A stretch of DNA of 64,000 bases from Candidatus Aminicenantales bacterium (GCA_049515535.1 JBEKTZ010000001.1:268599-332598); one strand, 5' to 3'; positions 43,933 through 54,837 are shown, counted from the first letter of the stretch. Notes: generated by a model not told the origin, from the letters alone. Numbers and translations: made by a program.

Positions 43933-45162
43933 ATGGGCCATGATCCAGCGAGCAAATTGAAGTTTCATCTCGTCGAAGAGACCTACAGCGCCAAGATCAG
44001 GGTGGTCGGCATCGGCGGGGGCGGCGGCAACGCTCTGAACCGGATGATCGAGTCCGGGATCGAGGGCGTCGATTTCATCGCCGTCAACACCGACCTGCAG
44101 GCGTTGAACAACAGCAAAGCTCCCAACAAGATCCAGATCGGGAACCAACTGACCAGGGGACTGGGATCGGGCGGGCAGCCTGAGAAGGGCAAACAGGCCG
44201 CCCTCGAAGATACGGAAAAGCTTCTCGGCCTTCTCGAAGGCTCGGATATGGTCTTCCTGACCGCGGGATTGGGCGGCGGGACGGGGACGGGCGCGACGCC
44301 CATCATCGCCAACCTGGCCGCGGAACTCGACGTTCTCTGCATTGCCATTTGCACGCTTCCCTTCGAATTCGAGGGGAAAGTCCGGGGACGACAGGCCGAA
44401 GAAGGTTTGAACGAACTGAAGTCGGCCGTGGACACCGTCATCGCCATCCCCAACGAGCGCCTGCTCCAGACGGTCAATATAGAGACCTCGATCGAAGACG
44501 CATTCAAAATGGCCGACGACGTTCTCCGCCAGGCCGTCCAGGGCGTCTCCGATCTGATCACGAAACCCGGTCTGATCAACCTCGACTTCGCCGACGTCAA
44601 GTCCATCATGAAAGGGATGGGCATGGCCTTCATGGGCACGGGCATTGCCTCGGGCGAGAACCGGGCGGCCGAAGCGGCGAACAAGGCCATCTGCAGCCCG
44701 CTCCTCATCGACACGTCGATCGAAGGCGCCAAAGGCGTCCTCATCAATATCACCGGCGGCAAGGACCTCACGCTCCATGAAGTCCACAAGGCTTCGCAGC
44801 TCATCCATAAGCTGGCTCATCCCGACGCGAACATCATCTTCGGAACGGTCATCGACGCGGGCATGAAGGACATGGTCAAGGTCACCGTCATCGCCACCGG
44901 CTTCGAGCGGGGTTTCGAACGCCACGCGAACGTTTCCGCCAAACCCGTCCAGGCCCGGCAGATCCACAAGAAGACGCCTCCTCCATTCCCCGTTCCAGGC
45001 TACTCCGAAACGCCGCCTTTCCCGTTCGAGCCGGCCGGCACCGAACGGCGCGAGCCCGCGCCTTCGTGGACCCAGCCGTCATGGGATAAAGAGTGGGATT
45101 CCTTCGAATCGCCCTCCTATATCCGCAAGAATCACTCCCAGATCCGAAAATATCCTTCATGA
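43933..45162 (+). CDS. ftsZ: Cell division protein FtsZ
   Basis: GGGGGNA, GGGTGTG, NLDFADV, C-terminal FESPSYIRK. Confidence 0.98.
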   Translation: MGHDPASKLKFHLVEETYSAKIRVVGIGGGGGNALNRMIESGIEGVDFIAVNTDLQALNNSKAPNKIQIGNQLTRGLGSGGQPEKGKQAALEDTEKLLGLLEGSDMVFLTAGLGGGTGTGATPIIANLAAELDVLCIAICTLPFEFEGKVRGRQAEEGLNELKSAVDTVIAIPNERLLQTVNIETSIEDAFKMADDVLRQAVQGVSDLITKPGLINLDFADVKSIMKGMGMAFMGTGIASGENRAAEAANKAICSPLLIDTSIEGAKGVLINITGGKDLTLHEVHKASQLIHKLAHPDANIIFGTVIDAGMKDMVKVTVIATGFERGFERHANVSAKPVQARQIHKKTPPPFPVPGYSETPPFPFEPAGTERREPAPSWTQPSWDKEWDSFESPSYIRKNHSQIRKYPS

Positions 45163-46442
45163 TGAAAAAAGCGGATTGCGTCGTCGCCGGCTGCCGCCAG
45201 CTTTTGACCTGCGCGGGAAGCATCCCTAAAAGGAAGGACGCGCTCAGAGACGTCGGCCTCGTCGAAAACGGCTGGATCGCCGCGCATGAAGGACGCATCG
45301 TCTTCGTCGGCGACGAACGCGATTTCCGCCGCGACGTGGAATTCGAATGCGGCGGCCTCTGGATCGACGGCCGCGGATTTGTCGGGCTCCCCGGCTTCGT
45401 CGACTCGCACACCCATCTCCCCTTCGCCGGGGACCGCGCCGAAGAATTCTCGCTCAGGCTCAACGGTTGGACCTATCAGCAACTCGCCGAGAAAGGCATG
45501 GGGATCCGCTCGACCGTCAGGGCCACCCGCCGGATATCGAAAGACGACCTGCGCGACGCCTGTCTCAAACGCCTGGACCAAATGCTCCTTCACGGGACGA
45601 CGACGGCCGAAGCGAAAAGCGGCTACGGTCTCAACGTGGAGGACGAGATCAAGCAGCTCGAGGCGCTCCGCGAGGCGGATGAAAGGCATCCCATCGATAT
45701 CGTCCCGACCTTCATGGGAGCCCACGAAGTCCCCGACGAATTCCAGACGCGGAAAGAGGGCTATATCGATCTTCTTCTCCAGAAGATCATTCCCGAGATC
45801 CGCCGGCGGGGCCTCGCCAGATTTTTCGATGTGTTTTGCGAAAAAGGCGTGTTTTCTCTAGACGAGACGAAAAGGCTGACGGAGGCGGGAACGTCGGCCG
45901 GCTTTCAGATCAAGGTCCACTCCGACGAATTCACCCCGCTCGGCGCCACGGAGCTGGCCGCAAGGATCGGCGCCGCCTCGGCCGACCACCTGATCGCGGT
46001 CACGGACTCGGGCATCGAGGCGCTGGCCAAAAGCGAGACCGTCGCCACACTCCTCCCCGGCGTTTCGTTCTTTTTGATGCTGGACAAGAAGGCGCCGGCG
46101 CGGAAGCTGGTTGAGGCGGGCGCGATCGTGGCCCTGGCTTCGGATTTCAATCCGGGGACCTCGATGACCGAATCGATGCTCTTTATCCTTCAGCTCGGCG
46201 TCTTTTCGCTCCGCTTGAGCATCGAGGAAGCCCTCAACGCGACGACGTCTAACGGCGCTTTCGCGATCCGGATGCAGGACGAGGTCGGAAGCTTGACGAT
46301 CGGGAAAAAAATGGACCTTATCCTATGCGATATTCCCGATTACCGTTACCTCGTTTATCATCCCGGCGTCAACCCGATCACGCACGTCATCAAAAGGGGG
46401 ACGCTCGTCGTCAAGGACGGCCGCCCCGTTTACGCGACCTAA
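45159..46442 (+). CDS. hutI: Imidazolonepropionase
   Basis: [32 protein letters not shown]; start at ATG 45159 or 45162. Confidence 0.93.
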   Translation: MMKKADCVVAGCRQLLTCAGSIPKRKDALRDVGLVENGWIAAHEGRIVFVGDERDFRRDVEFECGGLWIDGRGFVGLPGFVDSHTHLPFAGDRAEEFSLRLNGWTYQQLAEKGMGIRSTVRATRRISKDDLRDACLKRLDQMLLHGTTTAEAKSGYGLNVEDEIKQLEALREADERHPIDIVPTFMGAHEVPDEFQTRKEGYIDLLLQKIIPEIRRRGLARFFDVFCEKGVFSLDETKRLTEAGTSAGFQIKVHSDEFTPLGATELAARIGAASADHLIAVTDSGIEALAKSETVATLLPGVSFFLMLDKKAPARKLVEAGAIVALASDFNPGTSMTESMLFILQLGVFSLRLSIEEALNATTSNGAFAIRMQDEVGSLTIGKKMDLILCDIPDYRYLVYHPGVNPITHVIKRGTLVVKDGRPVYAT

Positions 46443-46470
46443 GCCCCTAATCCCTTTTCCCATATCCCCC

Positions 46471-46496
46471 AACCCCCCCGCAACGGGGGGTTCTTT
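46471..46496. terminator. Hairpin between convergent hutI and permease
   Basis: ccccccg-caa-cgggggg followed by ttcttt. Confidence 0.6.
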
Positions 46497-46526
46497 CCCG
46501 GAAAACCTCCGGCTCTCGTCAAAGCG

Positions 46527-48089
46527 TCAAGAGGCCCGTCGCTTTTTCCACGCGGCCGAGAAAAAGAGAATGATGATGACGACGTTGGCCAAGACCGTGA
46601 CTCCGGACAATATCGTCGTCCAGGCCGTCGGATCCGGGCTCGTCTTGAATATTTTTTCCCACAAGCCGGCCAGAAAATTCAATAACGGAATATGGATCAG
46701 GATGACGGCCGCATCCCACGCGAGCAGCCCGATGAGGAAGACCGTGGCATAGAACGCGCCGATCTTCTTTCCGATTTTATGCTGCCAGTAAACGAAAGGA
46801 GACAAACCCATCAAAATGATGACCAGGCCGGCCACGGCGTTGCCGAACTGGTTGAGGAGCGAGTTGATCGAAATATAGAGCGCCGCCAGGATGAAGACGA
46901 TCGGCGTCACCGGATAGCCCCAGGTCTTATAGGGCCGCGGCAAGTCGGGTTTTTTCCGGCGCAGAATGATCACCGCGGCGACGGTCAAACCGAAGAAGAT
47001 CCACTGCCCGAACACGACGTAGGTGAACAACTGCTCGAACGTGCCGGACAGGCTCAGGATGATGCTCCACACGCCGATGGCGATGATGGAAATGTGCGGG
47101 GTCTTGAATGTCGGATGGACGGCCGCGAGCTTCTTGAAGAATAAGCCGTCCTTGGCCATGGCGAAATAGACGCGCGGCGAGCAGAGGATGTTCTGGTTCG
47201 CGGCGCCCATGATCGAGAAGAGGATGATGAACGAAACGATCGACGCGGCGATGGGACCGATGGCCGAATTCATGGCGTCCGCGGCGACCCTCGCCGAGCC
47301 GGCGATGGCGCTCGTCGGCATGACCCACATATAAGCCAGGTTGGCCGCCAAATAGAGGGCGATGACGACCGCCATGCCGATAAACAGGCCCATGGGGAGG
47401 TTTCTCTGAGGGTTTTTAGTCTCACCGGCGCTGTACGTCGCCGATTCCCATCCTTTATAGGCCCACAACGACGCGACCAGGGCGATTCCAAAGGGACCGA
47501 GAAGGCCCCTGAGCCCTTGGGGCGCGGGGGTCACGAAATTCGCCGGATTCCCCTTCCCGAAGATGAAGACGATCCCGCAGATCCCGGCCAGGGCGACGAA
47601 CTTGATCGCAGTCAGGAGATTCTGGAGATTCGCCCCCCACCGCGTCCCGATGTAATTCACGAGCATCAGGAACAGGATGAGCCCGGCGCTGATGAGTTTT
47701 TGGAGGAGCGGCGAGAGGACGAAGAAATGGGTGAGATACTTCGAGGAGAAAGCGACGGCCAGCGTCGCGATCGCGCCGGCGTCAATGACCAGGAACAGCG
47801 TCCAACCGAAGAGGAACGAGATCATGGAGCCGTACGCTTCCCGGAGATAAACATAAATGCCGCCGGCTTCCGGTATGGCCGCGCCGAGCTCGGCGAAGGA
47901 GAGCGCGCCGAAGAAACTCAGAAGCCCGCCCACGACCCATACGGCGAGGATCACGAGCGGCGCGCCGAGGCCCGCGGCGATGGTCGACGGCACGAGGAAA
48001 ATGCCCGAGCCGATGACCCCCCCGACGACGATGCCGACGATATCCCAAAGGCCAAGAACTCTCGGAAGGCTGTGTCCCTGTTTGTCCAT
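46527..48089 (-). CDS. APC-family amino acid permease
   Basis: IGSGIF, AELGAAIPEAGGIYVYL, GETKNPQRNLP, LPRPYKTWGYP; many TM helices. Confidence 0.93.
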   Translation of the reverse strand: MDKQGHSLPRVLGLWDIVGIVVGGVIGSGIFLVPSTIAAGLGAPLVILAVWVVGGLLSFFGALSFAELGAAIPEAGGIYVYLREAYGSMISFLFGWTLFLVIDAGAIATLAVAFSSKYLTHFFVLSPLLQKLISAGLILFLMLVNYIGTRWGANLQNLLTAIKFVALAGICGIVFIFGKGNPANFVTPAPQGLRGLLGPFGIALVASLWAYKGWESATYSAGETKNPQRNLPMGLFIGMAVVIALYLAANLAYMWVMPTSAIAGSARVAADAMNSAIGPIAASIVSFIILFSIMGAANQNILCSPRVYFAMAKDGLFFKKLAAVHPTFKTPHISIIAIGVWSIILSLSGTFEQLFTYVVFGQWIFFGLTVAAVIILRRKKPDLPRPYKTWGYPVTPIVFILAALYISINSLLNQFGNAVAGLVIILMGLSPFVYWQHKIGKKIGAFYATVFLIGLLAWDAAVILIHIPLLNFLAGLWEKIFKTSPDPTAWTTILSGVTVLANVVIIILFFSAAWKKRRAS

Positions 48090-48099
48090 GGACCTGAGA

Positions 48100-49425
48100 T
48101 TACCTCATTTCGTTCCTGTTTTCCAGGTTTTTCCGTCGCGCGTATAAGAACAGATCGATGAGCCGGGCGCGATCAAGCGTCTCCGTTTCCACGGCAAAGG
48201 CCGAAGAACGATAGAGATTCCAGTTGTTCCTGATGTCCGCGGGAAGATGAAGTCGATCATAGAGCGGACTCCCCGGCGGGATATAAAAGACCGACGGCCC
48301 GACGAGAACGCCGAGGCTCCATAGATATTCCATGCCGGCCCGGATCTCTTCGACCGACTGGCCCGGAAGTCCCATGATGACATAGACCGTCACGAAAAAT
48401 CCCTGACGGCGGGCCGCCCGAATCAAGCGCTCGAAATCCTCTTTTTCCACCGGCCGATGATAGCGTTCCTTGATCTCCCCGCTCCGGGTGACATACGACA
48501 GATTGAGTTCGCGGAATCCGGCCGCAGCCATGTCCGGCAGCAGGTTTTCGTCGAGAGTCATCGAGCAAAGCCCATTCATGGCCGTCAACTCGATGTTCTC
48601 GAGCGTTTTGTCCTCTTTGATCGCCTTCAATAATTCCAGAAACCACGGCCTGTCGAAGGAAAGGTTGTCGTCCTCGAAATTGAAAACGCGAACGCGCCGA
48701 TGGAGATAAGCCGCGCGCATCTCGTCCAGCACGCCCTCGACGGGCCGGTAGCGGATCGTCCGGCCGAACATGGAGTGCACGCCGCAGAAATCGCAACGGA
48801 GCGGGCAGCCGCGGCCGCCGATGAGACTCAGATAATTCCTTTGGCCGATCTTGTAGAGTTCCGCCGGAACGAGATCGTGAGCCGGCCGCGTCAAGGTCCA
48901 GTCTCCACCCGATTCGTTCCGGGGAATTCCCAAAGCCTTCAACACGTCGGGAAGGCATTCTTCGGCCGGACCGGCGAAAACATGATCGATCTCCGGCGTC
49001 CGCCGCTTGATCTCTTCCGGAAAGGCGGTGGCATGATGCCCTCCGACGAAAATCGGAAGCCCGAATTCACGCTTGATCCGTCGGGCCAGTTCCTCGACGC
49101 TTTGGTAATAGGCCGTGAACTGCGAGGAGATGCCGATCGCCTCCGGCCCGAATTCCCTGATCCTCCGGATAATCTCTTCCTCGGAGAGGCCGAATCGATG
49201 ATAGCCTTTGAAGAACAGCGGCTCGCGCAAATAGGGTTCGAGATAGGCCATTTCGCGGGGGACGGGCTTGGGGCGCTTCCGGAGCGGAGACAGACAATCC
49301 AGGACGCGGACCTCGCAACCCGCATCCCGAAGCGCGCTCGCCGTATAGAGCAGGCCGAGAGGATAGAGCCGGATGGGCGTCGCGTAAAAATCCTCGAACG
49401 GGGGCTGGATGAGGAGAATTTTCAT
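48100..49425 (-). CDS. Cobalamin-binding radical SAM protein
   Basis: MKILLIQPP, PLGLLY, GGHHAT, RGCPLRCDFC, EDDN; start 49425 or 49449. Confidence 0.9.
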   Translation of the reverse strand: MKILLIQPPFEDFYATPIRLYPLGLLYTASALRDAGCEVRVLDCLSPLRKRPKPVPREMAYLEPYLREPLFFKGYHRFGLSEEEIIRRIREFGPEAIGISSQFTAYYQSVEELARRIKREFGLPIFVGGHHATAFPEEIKRRTPEIDHVFAGPAEECLPDVLKALGIPRNESGGDWTLTRPAHDLVPAELYKIGQRNYLSLIGGRGCPLRCDFCGVHSMFGRTIRYRPVEGVLDEMRAAYLHRRVRVFNFEDDNLSFDRPWFLELLKAIKEDKTLENIELTAMNGLCSMTLDENLLPDMAAAGFRELNLSYVTRSGEIKERYHRPVEKEDFERLIRAARRQGFFVTVYVIMGLPGQSVEEIRAGMEYLWSLGVLVGPSVFYIPPGSPLYDRLHLPADIRNNWNLYRSSAFAVETETLDRARLIDLFLYARRKNLENRNEMR

Positions 49426-49540
49426 CCGCGATGCTCCGGAAGGAATCATGCGTACAGTATAGCGTTGTGACTTTAAATATGAAAATATTTGAAAATCATA
49501 TAAAATGATCCTCAGCATGAATTCACCGGAAAGGCTCTCG

Positions 49541-51031
49541 ATGAAGAAAAAAGCTTTGATTCTTGTTTTCTTGTCGCTGGCTTTAAGCGTATTATCGTTT
49601 GCCGGCGGAGACCAGGACACCAATTGTTATACGATCGTCGTCGGCAAGAAAGCCAGCGCCGACGGGTCGGTCATCGTCGGACATAATGAAGACGACTCGG
49701 GAAACATCATCGTCAATCTCCGGAAAATCAAGGCGCGAAACTACGGTTCGCCTCAGCGCGTCGACCTCGGTAAAGGCGCCGTTTATGAAACGGACGGAAC
49801 GACCAGGGAATTCTTGTGGATCGAAGCGACAACCCAGGAATTCGCCGACAGCTTCATCAATCAGAACGGACTCCTCATCACCTCGGACAGCTGCTCTTCC
49901 AAGGAGACGAAAAAGGATTTCACGGATGGCGGAATCGGATATATGCTCAGAAGGATCGTCGCCGAGAAGGCCCCCTCCGCGAAAGAGGCGGTGAGAATCG
50001 CCTCCGAGCTTGTGGAAAAATACGGCTATACGGGCTCGGGAAGGACTTACATATTCGCCGATAAAAATGAGGCTTGGATGATGGCGATCATCAAGGGCCG
50101 GCATTGGTTCGCCCAGAGGGTCCCCGATGACGAGATCGCCGTCATTCCCAATTATTATACGATCAGGAAAATCGACCTGAACGACAAAGACCATTTCGCG
50201 GGCAGCCGCGATATCGTCGATTATGCCCGGAAAAACAGCTGGTACGATGAAACCAAGGACGGTCCGTTCGATTTCAAGACGGCCTTTTCCCGCTCCCGCG
50301 GCTCGGACCCGGTCTTCGACGGCAATACTCTTCGCCACTGGAGAGGTTTGAACTATTTCGACGATAAAAAACACGAGATCGGCGATCCTTATCCTTTCTC
50401 CTTCAAGCCCGGGAAAAAGGTCACCGCGGAATCGCTCATGAACATCCTCCGGGATCATTACGAAGGAACGGAATACGACGATACGGACGGCTACCGGCTC
50501 GGCACGCCGAACAAGACGAAACACAGATGCATCTGCACGGCTTCGACGATCGTCTCATTCATCGCTTCCCTGAACGCCGATCGCCCCGAGCCGATCTCCA
50601 TCTCTTTGTGGATCGCCCTGGGGAAGCCCGACACGACGGTCTATCTGCCTTTGTATTATGGGGTTGAAAACCTGCCGCAGAGCGCGGGACTGGGGGCCGA
50701 TATCCACGATTATCCGCTCTTCTATAAACAGCATTTCGACGATGCCGAATGGAAAGCCCGGAAAGATCAACTTCTGCACACGAATGTTCTGCGGCTTCAG
50801 AAGATCGCCGAAGCGGATTACGCTCATATGCGGGAAAGGATAGACCGGGAATGCTCCCCCGTCGAAAAAGAATTTGTGGAAAACAAGGGGAAATTCGAAT
50901 CGGAAATTTCGTCCCTATATGCGAAAGACAAAAAAGAAGCGCAGAGAAGGCTGACGGCCTATGTGACGGGCGCGTTTGATAAAATCAACAATCTCTACGA
51001 AAGAATATTGAAGACGTTCCCCGGAAACTGA
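49541..51031 (+). CDS. C69-family dipeptidase, secreted
   Basis: Signal peptide then CYTIVVGKKASADGSVIVGHNED; AQRVPDD; LRDHYEGT. Confidence 0.88.
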   Translation: MKKKALILVFLSLALSVLSFAGGDQDTNCYTIVVGKKASADGSVIVGHNEDDSGNIIVNLRKIKARNYGSPQRVDLGKGAVYETDGTTREFLWIEATTQEFADSFINQNGLLITSDSCSSKETKKDFTDGGIGYMLRRIVAEKAPSAKEAVRIASELVEKYGYTGSGRTYIFADKNEAWMMAIIKGRHWFAQRVPDDEIAVIPNYYTIRKIDLNDKDHFAGSRDIVDYARKNSWYDETKDGPFDFKTAFSRSRGSDPVFDGNTLRHWRGLNYFDDKKHEIGDPYPFSFKPGKKVTAESLMNILRDHYEGTEYDDTDGYRLGTPNKTKHRCICTASTIVSFIASLNADRPEPISISLWIALGKPDTTVYLPLYYGVENLPQSAGLGADIHDYPLFYKQHFDDAEWKARKDQLLHTNVLRLQKIAEADYAHMRERIDRECSPVEKEFVENKGKFESEISSLYAKDKKEAQRRLTAYVTGAFDKINNLYERILKTFPGN

Positions 51032-51112
51032 TCCGCCCTTGGGCAGCGGGACATTTCAAAGCCCGGTTTTTCCGGGCGAAGTATTTTATGAAGTCGGAAG
51101 AACTTGTTTTCC

Positions 51113-52015
51113 CTAAGATGTGCTTTCCGGACGTTTTCCGGTTTGCGCCGGATGGATCTTAAGGATTTTTTGCAGAATATCGAACCAAAATGGCGCTCCA
51201 AAAGACACGGCTATTATCGTAAATAGCAGTCCCAATATTTTCATAAACCAATCTCCAGGGCCATGGGGAAGTTCGGACCAACCCAGTGGTAGAGGCAGCG
51301 TTTGAAGATCTTTCTGAAGATCTTTTATTCTTTTCACTGAAGAGGATAGTCCATCTGTCTCATTCTTCTCGGCCACGGCCGATGGCTTTATCATTTCTTC
51401 GGCCTTCGTCGCAATGGCCGTTCGTACAGGTGCGTCATATAAAAGATTTTTGGCGATCATAAAGGTATCGGCATTGAATAAAACGACCAATCCGACAGCG
51501 AAAAGAGCGATGATGAATTGCACCTTCCTCTTGTACCAGCCGGAGACCCGTTCCATCATGTCGTTAAACCATTTCTCGATATTTTCTTGCAACGGATTCT
51601 CTGGAGCTGGGCCGCGCTGAGATCCCGCTTCATTCATGAGCACAAGCAAGGTTTTTTTCAGCCTGCTATTGGAAAGCTCGTTGACGGCGCTTCGTATTTC
51701 TCCGCCTCTTGACAAGCTGGTGCCGCCTTTGCTAATCATATCGGTCAGAGCCATGGCAAACGTGCGGGCCGGAATATAAGACGGATTTTTTTCACCGTTC
51801 TTCAGCGACGTTATTAAGCTATGCTCATAAAAGTTCTTAGCTTCATGGAGGCCCTTGGGATCGTTTAACAGATTTCGGATTCCTTTTTCCAGATTTTTAG
51901 CCCGCAGGGATAATAGCGAAGCCATTATCTCATTGAGAGCGGAACACATCAGGCTGAGCAGCCAATAGATGAAGATAATGCCGATTGCGACTTCAAGTAT
52001 TTCCGAGCCAAACAT
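51113..52015 (-). CDS. Conserved hypothetical membrane protein
   Basis: TM segments; motifs PSYIP, RVSGWYKR, LPLGW, GAPFWFD; GGGGG RBS. Confidence 0.7.
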   Translation of the reverse strand: MFGSEILEVAIGIIFIYWLLSLMCSALNEIMASLLSLRAKNLEKGIRNLLNDPKGLHEAKNFYEHSLITSLKNGEKNPSYIPARTFAMALTDMISKGGTSLSRGGEIRSAVNELSNSRLKKTLLVLMNEAGSQRGPAPENPLQENIEKWFNDMMERVSGWYKRKVQFIIALFAVGLVVLFNADTFMIAKNLLYDAPVRTAIATKAEEMIKPSAVAEKNETDGLSSSVKRIKDLQKDLQTLPLPLGWSELPHGPGDWFMKILGLLFTIIAVSFGAPFWFDILQKILKIHPAQTGKRPESTS

Positions 52016-52084
52016 TGAAATCCCCCCTTCTCTCCCTAAATTTATTATCTGACGCGGGCGTCATGATTCCTTTCTCGAGCACGT

Positions 52085-52408
52085 CTATACGAACTTCGTG
52101 GCAATTTTCAGAAGATCATCCAATATCGACACGACCTGTCCTATTTGCGCAATCACCTGGGCTGTATGGGCTAAAACCTCAGTGATCTTGCTGATTTTCT
52201 CGTTGACATCGCTCATCATGGTGTTCGCATTCGTCACGGCTGCTGTGCCTTCTTCAAACTCCGCGGTCAGCAAATTCAGCAAGCATCCCCGCAGCCGTTT
52301 TCCCAAGGCCCGGAATTCATTTTGATCGGAAACATGAACTCCCGCATCCATGGAGAGATCAAAGCAGCGTCCGGTCAACTGGGTAAGGATCGCAAAGTCA
52401 ATTTTCAT
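52085..52408 (-). CDS. Small alpha-helical hypothetical protein
   Basis: Start 2 nt after upstream stop; GGGGA RBS; amphipathic helices. Confidence 0.65.
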   Translation of the reverse strand: MKIDFAILTQLTGRCFDLSMDAGVHVSDQNEFRALGKRLRGCLLNLLTAEFEEGTAAVTNANTMMSDVNEKISKITEVLAHTAQVIAQIGQVVSILDDLLKIATKFV

Positions 52409-52410
52409 GC

Positions 52411-53394
52411 TTATTCCCCCTTCTTTAGATCGCGGATTTGATTTATGGCCGTGGACAGCTCCTGGACATGGTTCTTGAAAGTTTCCAAAGCCGATAAAAA
52501 CTCAGCAAAGGTTTGAAGTCCCTTTGGCGATTCCGCGTACTTGACCAGGCTTTCATGAGCCGCCCTCATCGTCTGAATCAGATTGACGGGGTTCGCATTC
52601 ATGGCCGTATCGTAGCGCGCGACGAGGACGCCAATTTCCGCGAGCATCTGCTTTCTCTGCTCGAAGCTTGAATTCAAACGGCTGTTGTAATATCCCATTC
52701 GAAGACTCAGCTCTTCCTTGAGTCCCGTCGATTGGAGGGGCGTGATCACGTCGATGAAATCTTTTTCGAGGAGGCTGAGAACGTTCCGCACGGCCGGGGC
52801 TCCCTTTTCAATGGCGATCTTAATTTGCGCATCCCTAACGCCGTTCAGATAGATATTGCCGATGACGCCGATAATCGTTCCGACGGGGCCAAAATAATTC
52901 TTTGCGGAAGAATCTCCGACGGCGCCCAACTTTTCAAATGTCGTTTGGAGATTGAAAAGATTGTCGCCAAGGATTTTCGCGCCTTCCGAAAACTGCTGAG
53001 GCGCGTCGCTCCCGGCTAAATCGCCGAGCAGCTGGGCATAAGTTCCAAGCAAGACAATCGCATCCGTGCGGGCTGCTATCGATTTAGCGCTGAACGGCCC
53101 TAAAAGGGCGGTCGGTTTGCCGTTATTGGTCAGGCTGACGGTCATTTCCTCCGGCGTGGAGCCATACAATCGCTCATCCAGATAGATCTCCCGCTCAAAA
53201 TTATTAAGCTCGGTATAATAACTCCCGATCAGCAGACTCGAAGCGTTGATGCAATCCCTGAATGAGGTGATCGGCTCGGTAAAACGGGCGGTAACGCAAC
53301 TGCTCAATAGAGACAGGGACAATAAAACCAAGACAGCGGCGGAGCAGCCTATGGTTCTTTTATCAATCATCCGGGGTGGTTTTATTTTTGCCAT
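52411..53394 (-). CDS. Hypothetical alpha-helical lipoprotein
   Basis: AGGAGG RBS; lipobox LLSS-C; helical body. Confidence 0.7.
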   Translation of the reverse strand: MAKIKPPRMIDKRTIGCSAAVLVLLSLSLLSSCVTARFTEPITSFRDCINASSLLIGSYYTELNNFEREIYLDERLYGSTPEEMTVSLTNNGKPTALLGPFSAKSIAARTDAIVLLGTYAQLLGDLAGSDAPQQFSEGAKILGDNLFNLQTTFEKLGAVGDSSAKNYFGPVGTIIGVIGNIYLNGVRDAQIKIAIEKGAPAVRNVLSLLEKDFIDVITPLQSTGLKEELSLRMGYYNSRLNSSFEQRKQMLAEIGVLVARYDTAMNANPVNLIQTMRAAHESLVKYAESPKGLQTFAEFLSALETFKNHVQELSTAINQIRDLKKGE

Positions 53395-53618
53395 ATTTTT
53401 ATTACCTCCTTAATGGTGATAAACCAAATGTCCGTCGTTCTTCTTCCCTTTCGTTCATAATAAATAGATTCTTTTCTAACGATGGATATCCGGCGAAATT
53501 AAGTCAACAGATCATCCGTCATTTATGGTCATTTCATTGTTTTTAACATTAATTCAATTTATTTCATGTTTGTCCGACTCATAATTATGAATCCATAAGA
53601 TTTTAGGGGAGTCTTATC

Positions 53619-53810
53619 ATGGAGACGACGGAAAGACTCGATTCCTGGAAAGATATTGCAAAATATATCAGACGAGATGTGGGAACATGTGTTAAATGGG
53701 CGAAACGTTACCACTTGCCCGTTTATCACATTGATAAGGGTTCGCCTCGTTCCAGAGTATTTACGTTCAAATCAGATATTGACCAATGGTTTAAAGACAA
53801 AACAAAATAA
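53619..53810 (+). CDS. Small HTH protein (MerR/Xis-like RLDSWKxIA domain)
   Basis: RLDSWKDIAKYIRRDVGTCVKW...LPV; GGGGAG RBS. Confidence 0.65.
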   Translation: METTERLDSWKDIAKYIRRDVGTCVKWAKRYHLPVYHIDKGSPRSRVFTFKSDIDQWFKDKTK

Positions 53811-53842
53811 TATCAGCGCAGAACCTCGGATAGGAACGTCCG

Positions 53843-54321
53843 CTAATAATACCTATCCATCGCCCGGTACTGAATGGCTTCGCTCAAATGGGAGGGGCTG
53901 ATATCTTTCTCCCCGGCCAAATCCGCGATCGTCCGGGCGACCTTGAGCGACCGGTCATAAGCCCTCGCGCTGAATCCCAGCCTATCCACAGCCGCCTCGA
54001 GCAGCTTCTCCCCTTCCCGGCCGATGCGGCAGAATATCTTCACCTCTTTCGGTCCCATCTGAGCATTGGCATAGATCCGCCGGCCCTCGAATCGCTCGAG
54101 CTGTCTCAGCCTGGCCCGGCCGACCCGGTTTCGAATCTCTTCCGAGCTCTCTCCCTCGGTCTTCGAGATGATGTCCTGGAACTTGACGCCGGGGGCCTCG
54201 ACCTGAATGTCGATGCGGTCAAGGAGCGGGCCGGAGATCTTCGCATAATACCGGCTCCTCTGAGCCTCGGTGCATTCGACATCCGGGCTCCCGGGACTCC
54301 GAAAAACGTCCTCGCAGGGTT
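53843..54321 (-). pseudogene. comM: 3' fragment of comM/YifB (Mg-chelatase-like AAA+ ATPase) cut by element insertion
   Basis: KISGPLLDRIDI, SARAYDRSLKVARTIADL, HLSEAIQYR; similarity ends at the expected AAMNPC motif (reads TQPC). Confidence 0.9.
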
Positions 54322-54324
54322 GCG

Positions 54325-54753
54325 TTGCCAAGTTGCCATTTGACTTTAAAGGCCCAGAAACCGGTTCACAGGGAGAAATACCCTGATTTCCTACGAACTT
54401 GGGGCGATCACATTAAGACCCGAAGGCTCGATTTGAAGCTCACCAAGCGCCAACTTTCCCTCAAGTTTCATGTTGACGATACAACGATATATCTTTGGGA
54501 GAGGAATAAAGTGAGGCCGTCCCTTGTCCAGATTCCGAAGATTATTGAGTTCTTGGGACGAGATCCGTTTGAGAAAAAAACCGATAATTTAGCCGACCGA
54601 ATTAAAGATTATAGACGGATTCGCGGATTATCTAGAAAAAAACTCGCTGAACAATTAGGAATCGACCTATCGACTCTGAAGGGATGGGAAACTGGAAAAC
54701 ACCAGCAATCAAAGAGATTTCAAGAGAGAGTTTTGAATCTTATTTCTGAATAA
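54325..54753 (+). CDS. Double XRE-HTH protein at the element junction
   Basis: Two HTH_3-like units (RRLDLKLTKRQLS...TIYLWE; RRIRGLSRKKLAEQLGI...TLKGWETG). Confidence 0.8.
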   Translation: MPSCHLTLKAQKPVHREKYPDFLRTWGDHIKTRRLDLKLTKRQLSLKFHVDDTTIYLWERNKVRPSLVQIPKIIEFLGRDPFEKKTDNLADRIKDYRRIRGLSRKKLAEQLGIDLSTLKGWETGKHQQSKRFQERVLNLISE

Positions 54754-54837
54754 AAGTCGGCCTCTTGTCCGCGTCAAGCCGCAGACAAGAGGATTGCATT
54801 CATCATAAATATATTATAGCACAAAATTTCTTGTCAA

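Noticed and set aside
48100..49425. B12 radical SAM as part of a RiPP cluster
   Set aside because: No precursor peptide or tailoring genes recognised nearby; genome-typical composition
53843..54331. Intact 162-aa Mg-chelatase protein
   Set aside because: Lacks the Lon-like and Walker A regions; the start codon comes from element sequence, so it is a truncated comM
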